Below are positions 1 to 10,909 of a DNA stretch of 64,000 nucleotides, one piece after another; the first letter of the stretch is position 1, and each line of letters starts with the position of its first letter. The stretch spans positions 38,747 to 102,746 of the forward strand of contig DASRWI010000001.1 in assembly GCA_035654655.1 (NCBI GenBank), given 5' to 3'. The DNA comes from Ignavibacteriaceae bacterium. GTDB taxonomy: Bacteria; Bacteroidota; Ignavibacteria; Ignavibacteriales; Ignavibacteriaceae. The notes beneath the pieces are model-generated. The model was not told where the DNA came from. It did no database searches and saw only the letters and a program-made list of their open reading frames with translations. The position numbers were made by a program, and so were the translations under genes.

Positions 1-1783
1 CTTTTTTCTTTACGAAATCTGCTGCATCATATGCATTAGGATCACCATATGCGTATGGCAATATTGGATTTTTAATAATATCTGCTTTTGTATCAAAGTA
101 ATCAAATCTGACACCAAGATTCAAAACGATATCACTTAATTCAAATCTATCTTGAACATAACCGTAAGCTAAGAATGGTGTTTTGGGTTCAAATTCACCA
201 CTACCTGTAGCAGTTGTATTTTTTCCGGTTATATCATAACCAAATGCTGTTGGCTGCATTCTTCTGAATTTTTCATCTTCAGGAACGTTTGCTAAATTAT
301 CTGCAGCTAAACCAACAGGACCAATTTGATATACTCTTAAAATATTATACTGAGCACCACCACCTATTTCTAATAAGTGATTTTCAACCTGACTTGTAAA
401 ATCAAGGTCAGCGCTCATTGTATTGTTATTTGTTTTTCCATAGAAGTTGTTTACTCTGCCAAATGAATTGAAAATACCATATTGGTCAGTAGTAACAACA
501 GAACCATTACCATTAGGAAGTACAACACCTAATTTATCAAAGTTTGCTTTAGCACTTCCATATGAGTATAAATCATCAAACCATACACCATCGCCTTGAA
601 CTTCATCAAATATTCTGTAACCTAAGTTTAAATTCCAGAATGAACTTGCTGAGAAGTTCTGAGAAATTCTTGCACTTAATGATGTATTGTTTCTTTCTAT
701 TCTAGGATTGTGAATAGAATTACTTTTTTGATATGCGTGAACATATCCTCTGTAATTACGCTCGTTAATGTTAGCACCTAACTTAACCTGAAAATCACCA
801 ATGTTATGATTAGTTCTGAATGTATATCTCCAAACATTAGAACCATTATTATCTAAGTGATCTTGACTTCTTACAACATCGGAATTAAAAGAAACACCAA
901 TAGAGTGTGGGTCCGCATCAAGGAACCATCCTCTTTCAGCGGATGCAAAGAATGTATGATTAGAATTACCAGGGATAATAGGACCGCTTAGGTTCATTGT
1001 ATAAAGGTTGTATCCATAATTATCTGTAAAAGAAGATGTTACAACATCTCCAAACACTGAATAAGTAGGATCACCTGTTTTAGTGGTAACACTGATAATA
1101 CCTGACTGTGCTTGTCCATATTTTGCTTCGTAACCACCAATCTGGAATGATAGCTGTTCGATTGCAGAGTTACTTAACTGTGAATAGTTTGAACCTGAAT
1201 AAACGTCATTCTGAGGAACACCATCAACGATGTATAGAACTTCGTTTCCTCTACCACCTCTAACGTTAATTTCAGCATTACCTTCAGCACCACCACTACC
1301 TTCAGATATTACAACACCTGCCTGTAAGGATGCTAATTGTTCAACACCTTTAACAGGAAGTCTGTTAATTTCTTCAGCATCAATAACTTTTGTAGTGTTA
1401 GTTGATTTTTCTTCAAAGAATTTTCTTTCCTGAACTACTACTTCAGGCAGTGTAAAATCTGTTGTTAGCTGAATATTTAAATCATAAGTAATACCAGCAA
1501 CAACTCTAACTTCTTTAATTGTTTTGTTGGCATAACCTATGTAACTAGCTCTTACTTCATATGTACCTGGCGAAACGTTAAGGATAACATAGTTACCATC
1601 AACCCCTGATGCAGCACCTAGATTAGTATTTACTAATACTATGTTTGCTCCAATCAATGGTTCTCCGGTAGCTTCATCAGTTACCTTACCGCTTATTTTA
1701 CCCACACCGGCTTGACCGAATAATGGAGTATATGCTAGGAATAGAAGTACGATTACCAAAAATTTTGTAATCAAATTTTTCAT
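1..1783 (-). CDS. TonB-dependent outer-membrane receptor, N-terminal part (C-terminus runs off the window start)
   Basis: Absent from the ORF track because it is open at the window edge. Hand translation from ATG (1783..1781) gives the signal peptide MKNLITKFLVIVLLFLAYTPLFGQ. Next comes GKISGKVTDEATGEPLIGANIVLVNTNLGAASGVDGNYVILNVSPGTYEVRASYIGY (carboxypeptidase-regulatory-like domain), then a plug-like segment (INRLPVKGVEQLASLQAGV...NVRGGRGNEVLYIVDGVP). The two stretches I translated by hand (the N-terminal ~190 codons and bases 2..61) are open; the interior was not checked codon by codon. Confidence 0.8.
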   Translation of the reverse strand, partial: MKNLITKFLVIVLLFLAYTPLFGQAGVGKISGKVTDEATGEPLIGANIVLVNTNLGAASGVDGNYVILNVSPGTYEVRASYIGYANKTIKEVRVVAGITYDLNIQLTTDFTLPEVVVQERKFFEEKSTNTTKVIDAEEINRLPVKGVEQLASLQAGVVISEGSGGAEGNAEINVRGGRGNEVLYIVDGVPQNDVYSGSNYSQLSNSAIEQLSFQIGGYEAKYGQAQSGIISVTTKTGDPTYSVFGDVVTSSFTDNYGYNLYTMNLSGPIIPGNSNHTFFASAERGWFLDADPHSIGVSFNSDVVRSQDHLDNNGSNVWRYTFRTNHNIGDFQVKLGANINERNYRGYVHAYQKSNSIHNPRIERNNTSLSARISQNFSASSFWNLNLGYRIFDEVQGDGVWFDDLYSYGSAKANFDKLGVVLPNGNGSVVTTDQYGIFNSFGRVNNFYGKTNNNTMSADLDFTSQVENHLLEIGGGAQYNILRVYQIGPVGLAADNLANVPEDEKFRRMQPTAFGYDITGKNTTATGSGEFEPKTPFLAYGYVQDRFELSDIVLNLGVRFDYFDTKADIIKNPILPYAYGDPNAYDAADFVKKK

Positions 1784-2088
1784 CTCTTCTCCACCACGTT
1801 GTTAATTAATTTATAGAAAATTCCTATACCTTTAAATTAAGATATTTCCGTAAAAAAACAATAAAAAAAAATAATTTTCAAGTACTAATTATCTTCTTAT
1901 GTCTTAAGATTGATACGTACTTAATTTTTACTTATTTATATCATTAGTAAAGGGAGTTGTAATATATAAAAATATATTGGAATAAAGTTTTTTATTTTAT
2001 AAGAATAATATTTTTTTTTAGTACTTTATCAATTCTTAATTTATCTTGTCATCAAATCTTATTTGAAAAATATTTTCAAACAGCATTT

Positions 2089-2130
2089 AAAAAAAAGGGC
2101 GGATTACTTATTGATAAGAAATCCGCCCGG
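2089..2130 (-). terminator. Rho-independent terminator downstream of 2169..3956
   Basis: GGGCGGATT (2098..2106) pairs with AATCCGCCC (2121..2129). The A-run at 2089..2096 becomes a T-run after the stem on the minus strand. Confidence 0.7.
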
Positions 2131-2168
2131 AGAAACTTAAGAAATTGTTTTCTTCAAAATATTAAGTT

Positions 2169-3956
2169 TTACTTTAATAACATCATTTTCTTTGATTCAG
2201 AGAAATTACCAGCATTGATTGTATAGATATACATACCTGTTGATAATTTTGAAGCATCAAAAGTAACTTGATGACTTCCAGCTTCCTGAACTCCATTTAA
2301 TAATGTTGCAACTTCTCTTCCTAACATATCAAATACTTTTAAAGTTACATTGCTTCTTTCAGCAATTGAGAACTTTATTAAAGTAGATGGGTTGAAAGGA
2401 TTTGGATAATTTTGTTGTAATTCAAAGTTATTTACTGTGATATTATCATTTACACCAGTTGGTTTAGGAACTGTTACTGTTTTGTAAATTATCGGTTCGT
2501 CACCGGTAGCGCCTTCACCAAATACAAATACGCCAGTGTGTGCATCAGCTAAGTAAACTGAATGAGCTGTATAATTTGCACCATCATCAGTTAAATACTG
2601 AGCAACGTTTGCAAAAACTTCATCAACATTCTTGTTTCCTTCTAATACAGTAGCTGGGGTCCAGGTAGCACCACCATCAAGTGACCAGCAATGATATGTA
2701 TCGTGTCTGTAGAAACCACCAGTTGTATCTAACTGGTTATTTGTGAATTGAGGGCCTGAGAACTGTACATATATAACTTGACCATCTTCACTTATTGATA
2801 TAGATGGATATCCGAAACCAATTCCATTACCAGGATATAAATCAGCAATTGCCTGATTTTCATCTAATGCAGGAAGGGTTAAAGAAGTCCATTTATTTGA
2901 TACTGAATTCCAATAAATAATAGGGAATTTATATCCATTTGATGAATCGTGAGCTGGTGTGAATGTTAATCCATAACCATTAGCAACAACGTGTAAAACA
3001 CCTGTATTAGTAATAGCCATATCAATTTGTCCAAAGTTTTCAATCAATGGAGCAAAGTCTGGATAACCTTGAACTAAACCAATAACACCATCAGCTTCAA
3101 TTCTTTTGTCTGTCCAGGTAGTACCGGCATCACTGGAAATAACAGCAAATACGTTATCTGCTGAATCTTCTGGAACGCCATTGTAAACATGCATATTATC
3201 GCCAGCTGAGTTAGCACCAAAATAAACTAAATATTGTTCGTTTGGAGATTTTGCTATACCCATTTCTGTTGTTCCATTTGCTGCCCACATAAAACTACGA
3301 GTAGAAATAGAATCCCAATTTACAAATGTAAGACCTAAGTCTTCAGTTTTGAAAAATTGGAATTGGTCTCTTCCTGCAGTAGTGTTACCTGAACTTGCTA
3401 AGAAAATATTTGGACCTGACCATCTTAATGAAGGATCAAGACCTGGGCTGAATTGAGAAATAGAAAATTGAGCACCTGTTGGATCCCAAATAGCTAATCT
3501 ATCAGGAGTATGACCAACTAAAGCAACAGTACCAGCTAAGTCACCGGTTAAAGAAACATCGATATCAGGGAAACCTGAACCAGCAGCACCACCAAATACA
3601 GATACTTGTGTGTATGCATTGCTTGCATTCAAATAAGTAAATACAACTTGTCTGTTAGCAGAACCGCCATATGGTCTAAACATATTAGCAAAATATGGTT
3701 GACCTTGATAAGTAACTACTTGTTTTCTTAACATACTATTTGTAAAATAGTCGTATGTGGTTGTTCCAAGAGTATCACCTACAGTAGGATTGAAAAATTT
3801 AGGTGTATAGTTATAATCTGTACCACCAGTATATTTATTTTCATTGTCCTGAGTAAGAACTACTTTGTTATGTACCTTTACAGAACTTGTCTGTGCAAAA
3901 GTAACTCCAACAATCACTAACAAGAGAACGGATAGAGTAACAATTTTCTTTAGCAT
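2169..3956 (-). CDS. Secreted Asp-box (BNR)/beta-propeller-like protein with T9SS C-terminal sorting domain
   Basis: Signal peptide MLKKIVTLSVLLLVIVGVTFAQ. Asp-box-like SSDAGTTW and SLDGGATW. C-terminal QQNYPNPFNPSTLIKFSI...GMYIYTINAGNFSESKKMMLLK is typical of a T9SS sorting domain. Confidence 0.75.
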   Translation of the reverse strand: MLKKIVTLSVLLLVIVGVTFAQTSSVKVHNKVVLTQDNENKYTGGTDYNYTPKFFNPTVGDTLGTTTYDYFTNSMLRKQVVTYQGQPYFANMFRPYGGSANRQVVFTYLNASNAYTQVSVFGGAAGSGFPDIDVSLTGDLAGTVALVGHTPDRLAIWDPTGAQFSISQFSPGLDPSLRWSGPNIFLASSGNTTAGRDQFQFFKTEDLGLTFVNWDSISTRSFMWAANGTTEMGIAKSPNEQYLVYFGANSAGDNMHVYNGVPEDSADNVFAVISSDAGTTWTDKRIEADGVIGLVQGYPDFAPLIENFGQIDMAITNTGVLHVVANGYGLTFTPAHDSSNGYKFPIIYWNSVSNKWTSLTLPALDENQAIADLYPGNGIGFGYPSISISEDGQVIYVQFSGPQFTNNQLDTTGGFYRHDTYHCWSLDGGATWTPATVLEGNKNVDEVFANVAQYLTDDGANYTAHSVYLADAHTGVFVFGEGATGDEPIIYKTVTVPKPTGVNDNITVNNFELQQNYPNPFNPSTLIKFSIAERSNVTLKVFDMLGREVATLLNGVQEAGSHQVTFDASKLSTGMYIYTINAGNFSESKKMMLLK

Positions 3957-4170
3957 AATGCTCTCCTTAAATGTGGATTAATAAATTATTTAACAAAACA
4001 CAATCGATAATAATTCAAGATTAAATTATTGTTAAATCTACGTAACTCGCAAAATATAATAATAGATTTTTTTTGTCAAGTTCTTTTTAACCATTAATTG
4101 TAATTATTATATACAATTAGCTATAATATTATGCCCTACTTTAAATAACTATGATGCTAATCATCCTGTT

Positions 4171-4491
4171 TTAAAGTACGGAATTAATTTTTTGAACAAG
4201 ATAATTTTTTGGAACGGCTCCAATTATTGTATCTTTTATTTCCCCATTCTTAAATAATAATAATGTTGGTATGCTTCTTACACCATATTTTATTGATGCA
4301 TTTTGATTTTCATCTACATCAAGTTTACCAACTTTTATTTTCCCTTGATATTCAACTGCAAGTTCTTCTACAATTGGTGCTATCATTCTGCATGGACCGC
4401 ACCATACAGCCCAAAAATCAATTAGTACAGGAATGTTTGATTGTATTACTTCGTTTTCAAAATTCTGATCTGTAATAGTAATAGGTTTCAT
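4171..4491 (-). CDS. trxA: Thioredoxin
   Basis: 106 aa with the WCGPC active site (FWAVWCGPCRMIAP) and a typical thioredoxin length and C-terminal pattern. Confidence 0.95.
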   Translation of the reverse strand: MKPITITDQNFENEVIQSNIPVLIDFWAVWCGPCRMIAPIVEELAVEYQGKIKVGKLDVDENQNASIKYGVRSIPTLLLFKNGEIKDTIIGAVPKNYLVQKINSVL

Positions 4492-4532
4492 ATCTCTTTC
4501 TAAATTTTAACTATAAATTTAATAAATATTTT

Positions 4533-5366
4533 TTATTCCCAAACTTTTAGAGGTTCACCTTGACCCACATAACTAACAATATCTTCACCACCATCAGCGT
4601 GAACCAAGCCTCCTGAAATCCATTGTCCCCCTTCTCTGCATAATAATGCTATAACGTTAGCAACATCTTGCGGTGTGGTTAATCTTTTATTTGGATTTTT
4701 TCTTTTTGCAACTTCAATCATTGGTACACTGCCGGGAATTTTTCTTAAAGCAGGTGTATCTGTTACTCCAGCCATAATTGCATTAACTGCAATTTGGTAA
4801 TCTCCTAATTCATAAGCTAATTGTCTTACGTGAGATTCAAGAGAAGCTTTCGCTGCTGATACTGCACCATAGAAAGGAATTATAGTATGACTTCCTGAAC
4901 TGGTCATTGCAAATATTCTCCCCTTCTTTGCAAATAATCCATTTGAAATTAAATCCTGAGTCCAATAAACCAGTGAGTGAGCCATTACATCAAGTGTCAT
5001 TTCCATTTGAGATTTTGTTAAACCTTGTTCTCCTTTATGAGGAATGAACGCCTTTAGTGCTCCAAATGCTAATGAATGCATTAATATCTTTATGGCAGGT
5101 CTATGAAATTTTTCTTTAAGTTCAGCTATAATTTCTTCGCGCTTTGCCTGGTCAGCCGCATTAACATTAAAAAACATGGATTGAGAACCATTTGCTGTAA
5201 TTTGCTTTCTTATTCTATCAACATTCGGGATTGTTGCTTGTCTATCTAAATGAACGCCAATAATATTATAACCATCTTCAGATAATTTAAGCGATGTTGC
5301 TTCTCCAAAACCTGATGAAGCTCCTAATACTAATGCCCAGTATTGACGATTCTCGTTTACATCCAT
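4533..5366 (-). CDS. Short-chain dehydrogenase/reductase, enoyl-ACP-reductase-like (Y-x6-K type)
   Basis: N-terminal ALVLGASSGFGEAT dinucleotide-binding motif. The catalytic region YGAVSAAK has Tyr-x6-Lys spacing, as in FabI/FabL-type enoyl reductases, rather than the classical YxxxK. Confidence 0.55.
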   Translation of the reverse strand: MDVNENRQYWALVLGASSGFGEATSLKLSEDGYNIIGVHLDRQATIPNVDRIRKQITANGSQSMFFNVNAADQAKREEIIAELKEKFHRPAIKILMHSLAFGALKAFIPHKGEQGLTKSQMEMTLDVMAHSLVYWTQDLISNGLFAKKGRIFAMTSSGSHTIIPFYGAVSAAKASLESHVRQLAYELGDYQIAVNAIMAGVTDTPALRKIPGSVPMIEVAKRKNPNKRLTTPQDVANVIALLCREGGQWISGGLVHADGGEDIVSYVGQGEPLKVWE

Positions 5367-5440
5367 TAATCTTTTCCTATTTTTTTTAATCTTATTGTAA
5401 ATTATAATAAAATGATATTAGTAATACAAACTCACATTTA

Positions 5441-8400
5441 TCATTTACTGAAATCTTTTTTGAAGTTTTTTTGTTCAGTTTTAGAATTATTTTTTATTTC
5501 TTTTCTTTCGAACAACAAAGCTTCTTCACCAAGTACTTTATTGAACTGCTCAACAACTTCATCAGTGATTTTAATTTTTTCTTCACATAAAAATGTTTGT
5601 CGTTTACTACCATTATTAATAAGATGGATATAAAATGGTGTGCTTCCCGTATTTTTTTCTAAAATATTTTTTACTTCAAGAAGTTTTTCCGGAGAATATT
5701 TCTCTTTATCAAACAATACAGAAACATAAGAAAGTTCATTATTCCTTATTTGATCAAGTGAAACTAAATCTTCTATTTGAATTTTAATAGCATCCCCGCT
5801 GCTCTCAGGTTTACCAACTGCAAATACACATTCTTCTTCCTTTATATATTTATCAGCCTTCTCAAAAACCTTTGAGAACACTAAGCATTCACATTGACCT
5901 GAAAAATCATCAAGTTTAATGAAAGCCATTGTTCTATTTGCTTTATCAATTTTTGTTTTTACTTCAGTTATAACACCGCAAACTCTAACCTGTTCAAGAT
6001 TCTCAAGTTCTTTAACCTGTTCACCTTCAAGTTCCTTTGCTTCACCTAATCTTGTGTTTGCTAAAGACCTGAATTCAATTTCATACTTTCTTAAAGGATG
6101 CCCGGTTATATAAAATCCTGTAACCTGGCGTTCATACATAAGCTTTTGTTTATCGGTCCATGGAGCTGCAAACTGCATTGCAGGTTCCTGCATACTTACT
6201 TCATCTTCAAATGCATTAAATAAACTTGTAGATGAAACTTGTTTCGCATTATGTGCCCTGCTACCGAAATCCAATGCTGTTTCAATATTTGCAAATAACT
6301 GAGCTCTATTTTTATTAATAGAATCAAAAGCACCTGCAAGAACTAATCCTTCCAATCCTCTTTTATTTACAGTGCGAGTATCAACGTTGGTGCAAAAATC
6401 AAATAAGCTTGTAAAATCTTTTCCCAATTCACTTCTTGCTCTAATAACTTCCTTTACAGCGTTGATACCTACATTCTTTATAGCTGCCATTCCAAATCTA
6501 ATCTTACCATTTTCTACAGTGAATGTAACTGTTGGTTTATTAATATTTGGAGGAAGTACATCTATTTTTAATTTTCTACAATCATCAAGAAAAGATGCAA
6601 CTTTTGTTGAGTTGCCAAATTCGTTTGTTAAGTTCGCTGCTAAAAATTCAGGAGTGTAATGAGCCTTCAAGTAAGCAGTTTGATAAGCTACATAACTATA
6701 TGCAACTGCGTGGCTCTTATTGAATCCATAATTTGCAAACTGTCTTATGTTTTCAAAAATGGATATTGCAACATTCTTAGGAACATCATTCTTCACAGCA
6801 CCTTCAATAAATTTCTCCTGCTGCTTAATCATTGTGGCTTCATCTTTTTTACCCATTGCACGTCTTAGCAAATCAGCATCTGCCAAAGACATTCCACCAA
6901 TTTTATTTGCAATCTGGATTACCTGTTCCTGATAAACAATAATTCCATAAGTTTCCTTTAATATTGATTCAAGACTTGGATGTAAATACTTTACTTCTTT
7001 CTTACCTGATTTTCTATCAATGAAATCATCAATATAATCCATTGGTCCGGGTCTGTATAAAGCATTCATTGCTGAAAGGTCTTTAATACTTACGGGTTTT
7101 AACCTTTTAAGGTATTCCCTCATTGGGCCGGATTCAAACTGGAACACGCCGGTTGTTTGCCCCTTCCAGAAAAGTTGAAAAGTTTTTTCATCATCAACCG
7201 GAATCTTATCTATATCAATATCTACATTATGAATTTCTTTTATGAGTTGAACGGCATCTCTGATGATTGTTAAAGTACGCAAACCAAGAAAATCCATCTT
7301 AAGCAAGCCTGCATTCTCAATTTCCTTCATATTATATTGAGTAACAATTTCATCTTGTGATACCGCTGTTGCTAAAGGAATAAAATTGCTTACATCTTCA
7401 GGGCATATTACTACACCCGCTGCGTGTTTAGATGCATTTCTATTCATTCCTTCAAGTACACGACTGTACTTTAATAAGTTTACAATTTCATCTTCAGTAG
7501 AATCTTTAACCCACCTTAATTCTGGCACTTCATTTATTGCTTCATCAATAGTTGCAATCTTTCCGAAAGCTGAAGGAATATATTTATTAATTTTATTTAC
7601 TGTTGGAATTGGAATCTTCAAAACTCTTGCAACATCTTTCAATACTGCGCGTGATGTCATTTTATTAAAAGTAATAATCTGGCTTACGCAATGAGTTCCA
7701 TACTTTTGCTTAACGTATTCAATAACTTCACCTCTCTTATCATCGGCAAAGTCAACATCAATATCAGGCATTGATTTTCTTGCAGGATTTAAAAACCTTT
7801 CAAACAGTAAATCATACTCAAGCGGGTCAATATTTGTTATGCCTAATGAATACGCTACTAAACTTCCAGCAGCACTTCCTCTGCCTGGACCTACAGGTAT
7901 CCCTTCCTTCTTGGATGCATTTATAAAATCCTGAACTATTAAAAAGTATCCTGAAAATCCCATCTGCTTGATGGTCATAATTTCAAAGTTAAATCTATTT
8001 TCAATTTCAGGAGTAATTTTTGAAAATTTCTTTTCTAAACCTTCTCGTGCAAGTAATTCAAAATAATCATCAAGACTTTTGGCATTAGATTCCGGTGGAA
8101 TTGGAAAGTTAGGGAAATGATAAGCACCCTGGTCAATCTTAAGGTCAATCTTTTCTTCAATCTCTAAAGTATTTTCAATTGCGCCTTTGTAATTTTTGAA
8201 GAGTTTTTTCATCTCTTCACCCGATTTAAAATAAATCTGGTCAGTACCGTATCTTAATTCTCTATAATCTCTTCCTTCTCTATCAGATAATAACAATAAT
8301 ATATTATGTGCAATTGCATGTTCCTGTTCAATATAATGAACATCATTAGTAGCAACTAATTTAATTCCCAGTTCCTTAGACAGCTTTGGCATTCCTTCAA

Positions 8401-8977
8401 GTACCGGTTTTTCAACCTCCATATTGTGGTCTTGAATTTCCAAATAAAAATCATCACCATAAATTTCTTTATATATTAATGCAATCTCTTTTGCTTTAGC
8501 ATAATCATTATTAACAAGATGAGCAGCTACTACTCCTCCTGCACAAGCTGAAGTACAGACTAACCCTTCTTTGTATTTCCTTAATAACTCAAGGTCAATT
8601 CTTGGACGATAATAAAATCCTTCCGTATGTCCTAATGTGGATAATTTAGATAAGTTATAATATCCTTGTGCATTTTTAGCAAGAAGAACTAAATGATGAT
8701 AGGGTTTGGTTCTCCTCTTGCCAGTAGACTCATCTTTTCCTTTATCAAATCTACTTCCCTCAGTAACGATGTAAGCTTCCATACCAACAATGGGTTTAAT
8801 ACCTGCATCTTTCGCCTTCTTATAAAACTCTGCAATACCATACATAACTCCATGGTCAGTTAAAGCAACTGCGTGCATATTGTTTTTAACTGCCGCAGCA
8901 ATTAATGATTCAACTTTGCAGGCACCATCTTGTAAACTGTAATGACTATGATTATGTAAATGAATAAAATCTGACAT
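5441..8977 (-). CDS. dnaE: DNA polymerase III alpha subunit
   Basis: 1178 aa. PHP domain start FIHLHNHSHYSLQDG, polymerase core motifs (PDIDVDF, GLLKMDFLGL) and a C-terminal OB-fold region. Confidence 0.97.
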   Translation of the reverse strand: MSDFIHLHNHSHYSLQDGACKVESLIAAAVKNNMHAVALTDHGVMYGIAEFYKKAKDAGIKPIVGMEAYIVTEGSRFDKGKDESTGKRRTKPYHHLVLLAKNAQGYYNLSKLSTLGHTEGFYYRPRIDLELLRKYKEGLVCTSACAGGVVAAHLVNNDYAKAKEIALIYKEIYGDDFYLEIQDHNMEVEKPVLEGMPKLSKELGIKLVATNDVHYIEQEHAIAHNILLLLSDREGRDYRELRYGTDQIYFKSGEEMKKLFKNYKGAIENTLEIEEKIDLKIDQGAYHFPNFPIPPESNAKSLDDYFELLAREGLEKKFSKITPEIENRFNFEIMTIKQMGFSGYFLIVQDFINASKKEGIPVGPGRGSAAGSLVAYSLGITNIDPLEYDLLFERFLNPARKSMPDIDVDFADDKRGEVIEYVKQKYGTHCVSQIITFNKMTSRAVLKDVARVLKIPIPTVNKINKYIPSAFGKIATIDEAINEVPELRWVKDSTEDEIVNLLKYSRVLEGMNRNASKHAAGVVICPEDVSNFIPLATAVSQDEIVTQYNMKEIENAGLLKMDFLGLRTLTIIRDAVQLIKEIHNVDIDIDKIPVDDEKTFQLFWKGQTTGVFQFESGPMREYLKRLKPVSIKDLSAMNALYRPGPMDYIDDFIDRKSGKKEVKYLHPSLESILKETYGIIVYQEQVIQIANKIGGMSLADADLLRRAMGKKDEATMIKQQEKFIEGAVKNDVPKNVAISIFENIRQFANYGFNKSHAVAYSYVAYQTAYLKAHYTPEFLAANLTNEFGNSTKVASFLDDCRKLKIDVLPPNINKPTVTFTVENGKIRFGMAAIKNVGINAVKEVIRARSELGKDFTSLFDFCTNVDTRTVNKRGLEGLVLAGAFDSINKNRAQLFANIETALDFGSRAHNAKQVSSTSLFNAFEDEVSMQEPAMQFAAPWTDKQKLMYERQVTGFYITGHPLRKYEIEFRSLANTRLGEAKELEGEQVKELENLEQVRVCGVITEVKTKIDKANRTMAFIKLDDFSGQCECLVFSKVFEKADKYIKEEECVFAVGKPESSGDAIKIQIEDLVSLDQIRNNELSYVSVLFDKEKYSPEKLLEVKNILEKNTGSTPFYIHLINNGSKRQTFLCEEKIKITDEVVEQFNKVLGEEALLFERKEIKNNSKTEQKNFKKDFSK

Positions 8978-8991
8978 AAACTCTTAATATC

Positions 8992-9450
8992 TTAATGTTT
9001 TCCGGTATGACCAAAACCGCCTTCACCTCTTTCACTATCTTCAAGGTCATCGGTTTCAAATAATTCTCCTCGATAGACTTTTGACACAATAATTTGTGCT
9101 ATTCTATCGCCTCTTTTAATAATAAAATCTTCTTCGCTGAAATTGAATAAAATAATCTTAACCTCGCCTCTATAGTCAGAATCAATTGTACCGGGTGCAT
9201 TTAAAATACCAATACCATGTTTAATGGCTAAGCCGCTTCTTGGTCTAACTTGAATTTCAAAACCTTCAGGAATCTCAACAGATAAATTGGTTGGTACCAA
9301 TACTATTTTTCCTGCACGAAGAACAACATCTTCACTGACAGCAGCTCTGATATCCATACCTGCGCTTCCCTCCGTTGTATATTCAGGAAGAGCTACATCC
9401 TTAAAATCTTCTGATAATCTTTTTACTTTAATTGGGATTCTATTTAACAT
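8992..9450 (-). CDS. dut: dUTP diphosphatase
   Basis: 152 aa with GSAGMDIRA, RPRSGLAIKHGI and GTIDSDYRGE motifs. Overlaps the upstream gene by 11 nt. Confidence 0.95.
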   Translation of the reverse strand: MLNRIPIKVKRLSEDFKDVALPEYTTEGSAGMDIRAAVSEDVVLRAGKIVLVPTNLSVEIPEGFEIQVRPRSGLAIKHGIGILNAPGTIDSDYRGEVKIILFNFSEEDFIIKRGDRIAQIIVSKVYRGELFETDDLEDSERGEGGFGHTGKH

Positions 9451-10900
9451 TTACTCTCAACAGTTTTCTTTTGATGAAATTGATTTCTGATTTTTCCAAA
9501 ACGAAGATTGATAATAAAATAAAAAAAGATGCAAACAAAATTAATTTATTAATAAAGTATAATAAGTTGTTATAACTTAAAATATAAAATGCAGTTCCTA
9601 CGGCAAAAATTATTATAAATATTTTTATCAATTTCCAGTTTTCATATTGAATGGTATAAATTCTTTGAGTAACAAAATAAAAACCCAAAGCCATTGCAAG
9701 ATATGCAGCCAAAGTTGCTATTGCTGCTCCCATTATTCCCATCAACGGGATAAGGGCATAATTTAATATTATACACAATATCGCTGCCGAACCAACTATA
9801 AAAGGAACGTAAATACTTTTTTCCTTAATAAATATTCCTGCAGTAAATATTATGTATATCCCATTGAACATATATCCAAGCAGTACAACAGGTACTATGT
9901 TTAATCCACTCCAGTAAGCTGGGCCAATAATAGACCTTCCAAATATTTTTATTTGCACTAAATCAGAAATGAACAAAGATAAGGTTATTAAAATTATGCT
10001 CCCTGCAATTGTAAAATAAGTTAATACCTTTGAAAATATTTCTTTAGCATTTTCTTCTATAGCATTTTGCAAAAAGAAAGGCTGCCAGGCAAATTGAAAC
10101 ATATTAACAAACAGCATCATAAAAATACCAAGCTTGTAGTTTGCCTGGTAGATACCAACAGTTTTTAAATTAGTTAAATGTTCCATTATAGGTCTATCAA
10201 TCACTTGAATAACCATTGCACCTAATCCTGCAGGTAAATAAGGTATTCCAAACTTAAGACATCTTTTTAATAGTTCTTTGTTAATGCTGAATCTTAAATT
10301 CTTATATATAGATGGGAACAATAACAATAATGTAAAAACAGATGCGGCAAGGTTTGCTATAAATACTGATACTACTCCCCACTTAAGAACAAGAATAAAT
10401 ATTAAATTTAAAGCAACATTAAGAACTATGTTTAAAATTTTAAATAAGGAAAATACTTTTGCTCTTCTCTGCAATCTTAATTTTATGAAAGGAATCATTG
10501 CCAATGAATCAAACAATAAGATCAAAGTCATATAGATTACAAAATTGGAAGTATCAGGTGCACCTAAGAATCTTGCTATTTCTTCTTTAAATAAAATTAA
10601 TCCAATACATAAGAAAACTGAAGTTATCATTATAGATACAAATGGAGTTGAAAAATTATCCTTTTCATCTCCTATTTCTTTTGAAGAAGCAAATTTTAGA
10701 AAAGCAGAATCCATTCCATATAAAAACACAATATTCAAAATTCCGATTACAGCATAATAGTTGGTGATTATACCATAGTCACTTGGTACGAAAATATTAG
10801 TATAAAAAGGAACTAAAGCGAAAGTAAGAAACCTCCCCAGAATAGTACTTATACCATAAACAGCAGTATCCTTAGTTAATTCTTTTAGTTTATCGAGCAT
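9440..10900 (-). CDS. MOP-superfamily oligosaccharide/polysaccharide flippase (Wzx/MurJ-like)
   Basis: 486 aa and strongly hydrophobic with many predicted TM helices. The N-terminus (KDTAVYGISTILGRFLTFALVPFYT) is typical of polysaccharide biosynthesis flippases. Confidence 0.7.
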   Translation of the reverse strand: MLDKLKELTKDTAVYGISTILGRFLTFALVPFYTNIFVPSDYGIITNYYAVIGILNIVFLYGMDSAFLKFASSKEIGDEKDNFSTPFVSIMITSVFLCIGLILFKEEIARFLGAPDTSNFVIYMTLILLFDSLAMIPFIKLRLQRRAKVFSLFKILNIVLNVALNLIFILVLKWGVVSVFIANLAASVFTLLLLFPSIYKNLRFSINKELLKRCLKFGIPYLPAGLGAMVIQVIDRPIMEHLTNLKTVGIYQANYKLGIFMMLFVNMFQFAWQPFFLQNAIEENAKEIFSKVLTYFTIAGSIILITLSLFISDLVQIKIFGRSIIGPAYWSGLNIVPVVLLGYMFNGIYIIFTAGIFIKEKSIYVPFIVGSAAILCIILNYALIPLMGIMGAAIATLAAYLAMALGFYFVTQRIYTIQYENWKLIKIFIIIFAVGTAFYILSYNNLLYFINKLILFASFFILLSIFVLEKSEINFIKRKLLRVNVK

Positions 10901-10909
10901 CTATTGTAA

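Noticed and set aside
1230-1433. 67-aa plus-strand ORF
   Set aside because: It is antisense within the TonB-dependent receptor gene, and its Pro/Ser/Leu-rich translation is a shadow of that frame.
5412-7694. Several 60-100-aa plus-strand ORFs (5412..5633, 5919..6113, 6372..6659, 6659..6868, 6747..6932, 7386..7694)
   Set aside because: All lie antisense inside the well-supported dnaE gene. Their low-complexity, Leu/Ser/Phe-rich translations are typical of shadow ORFs in AT-rich DNA.
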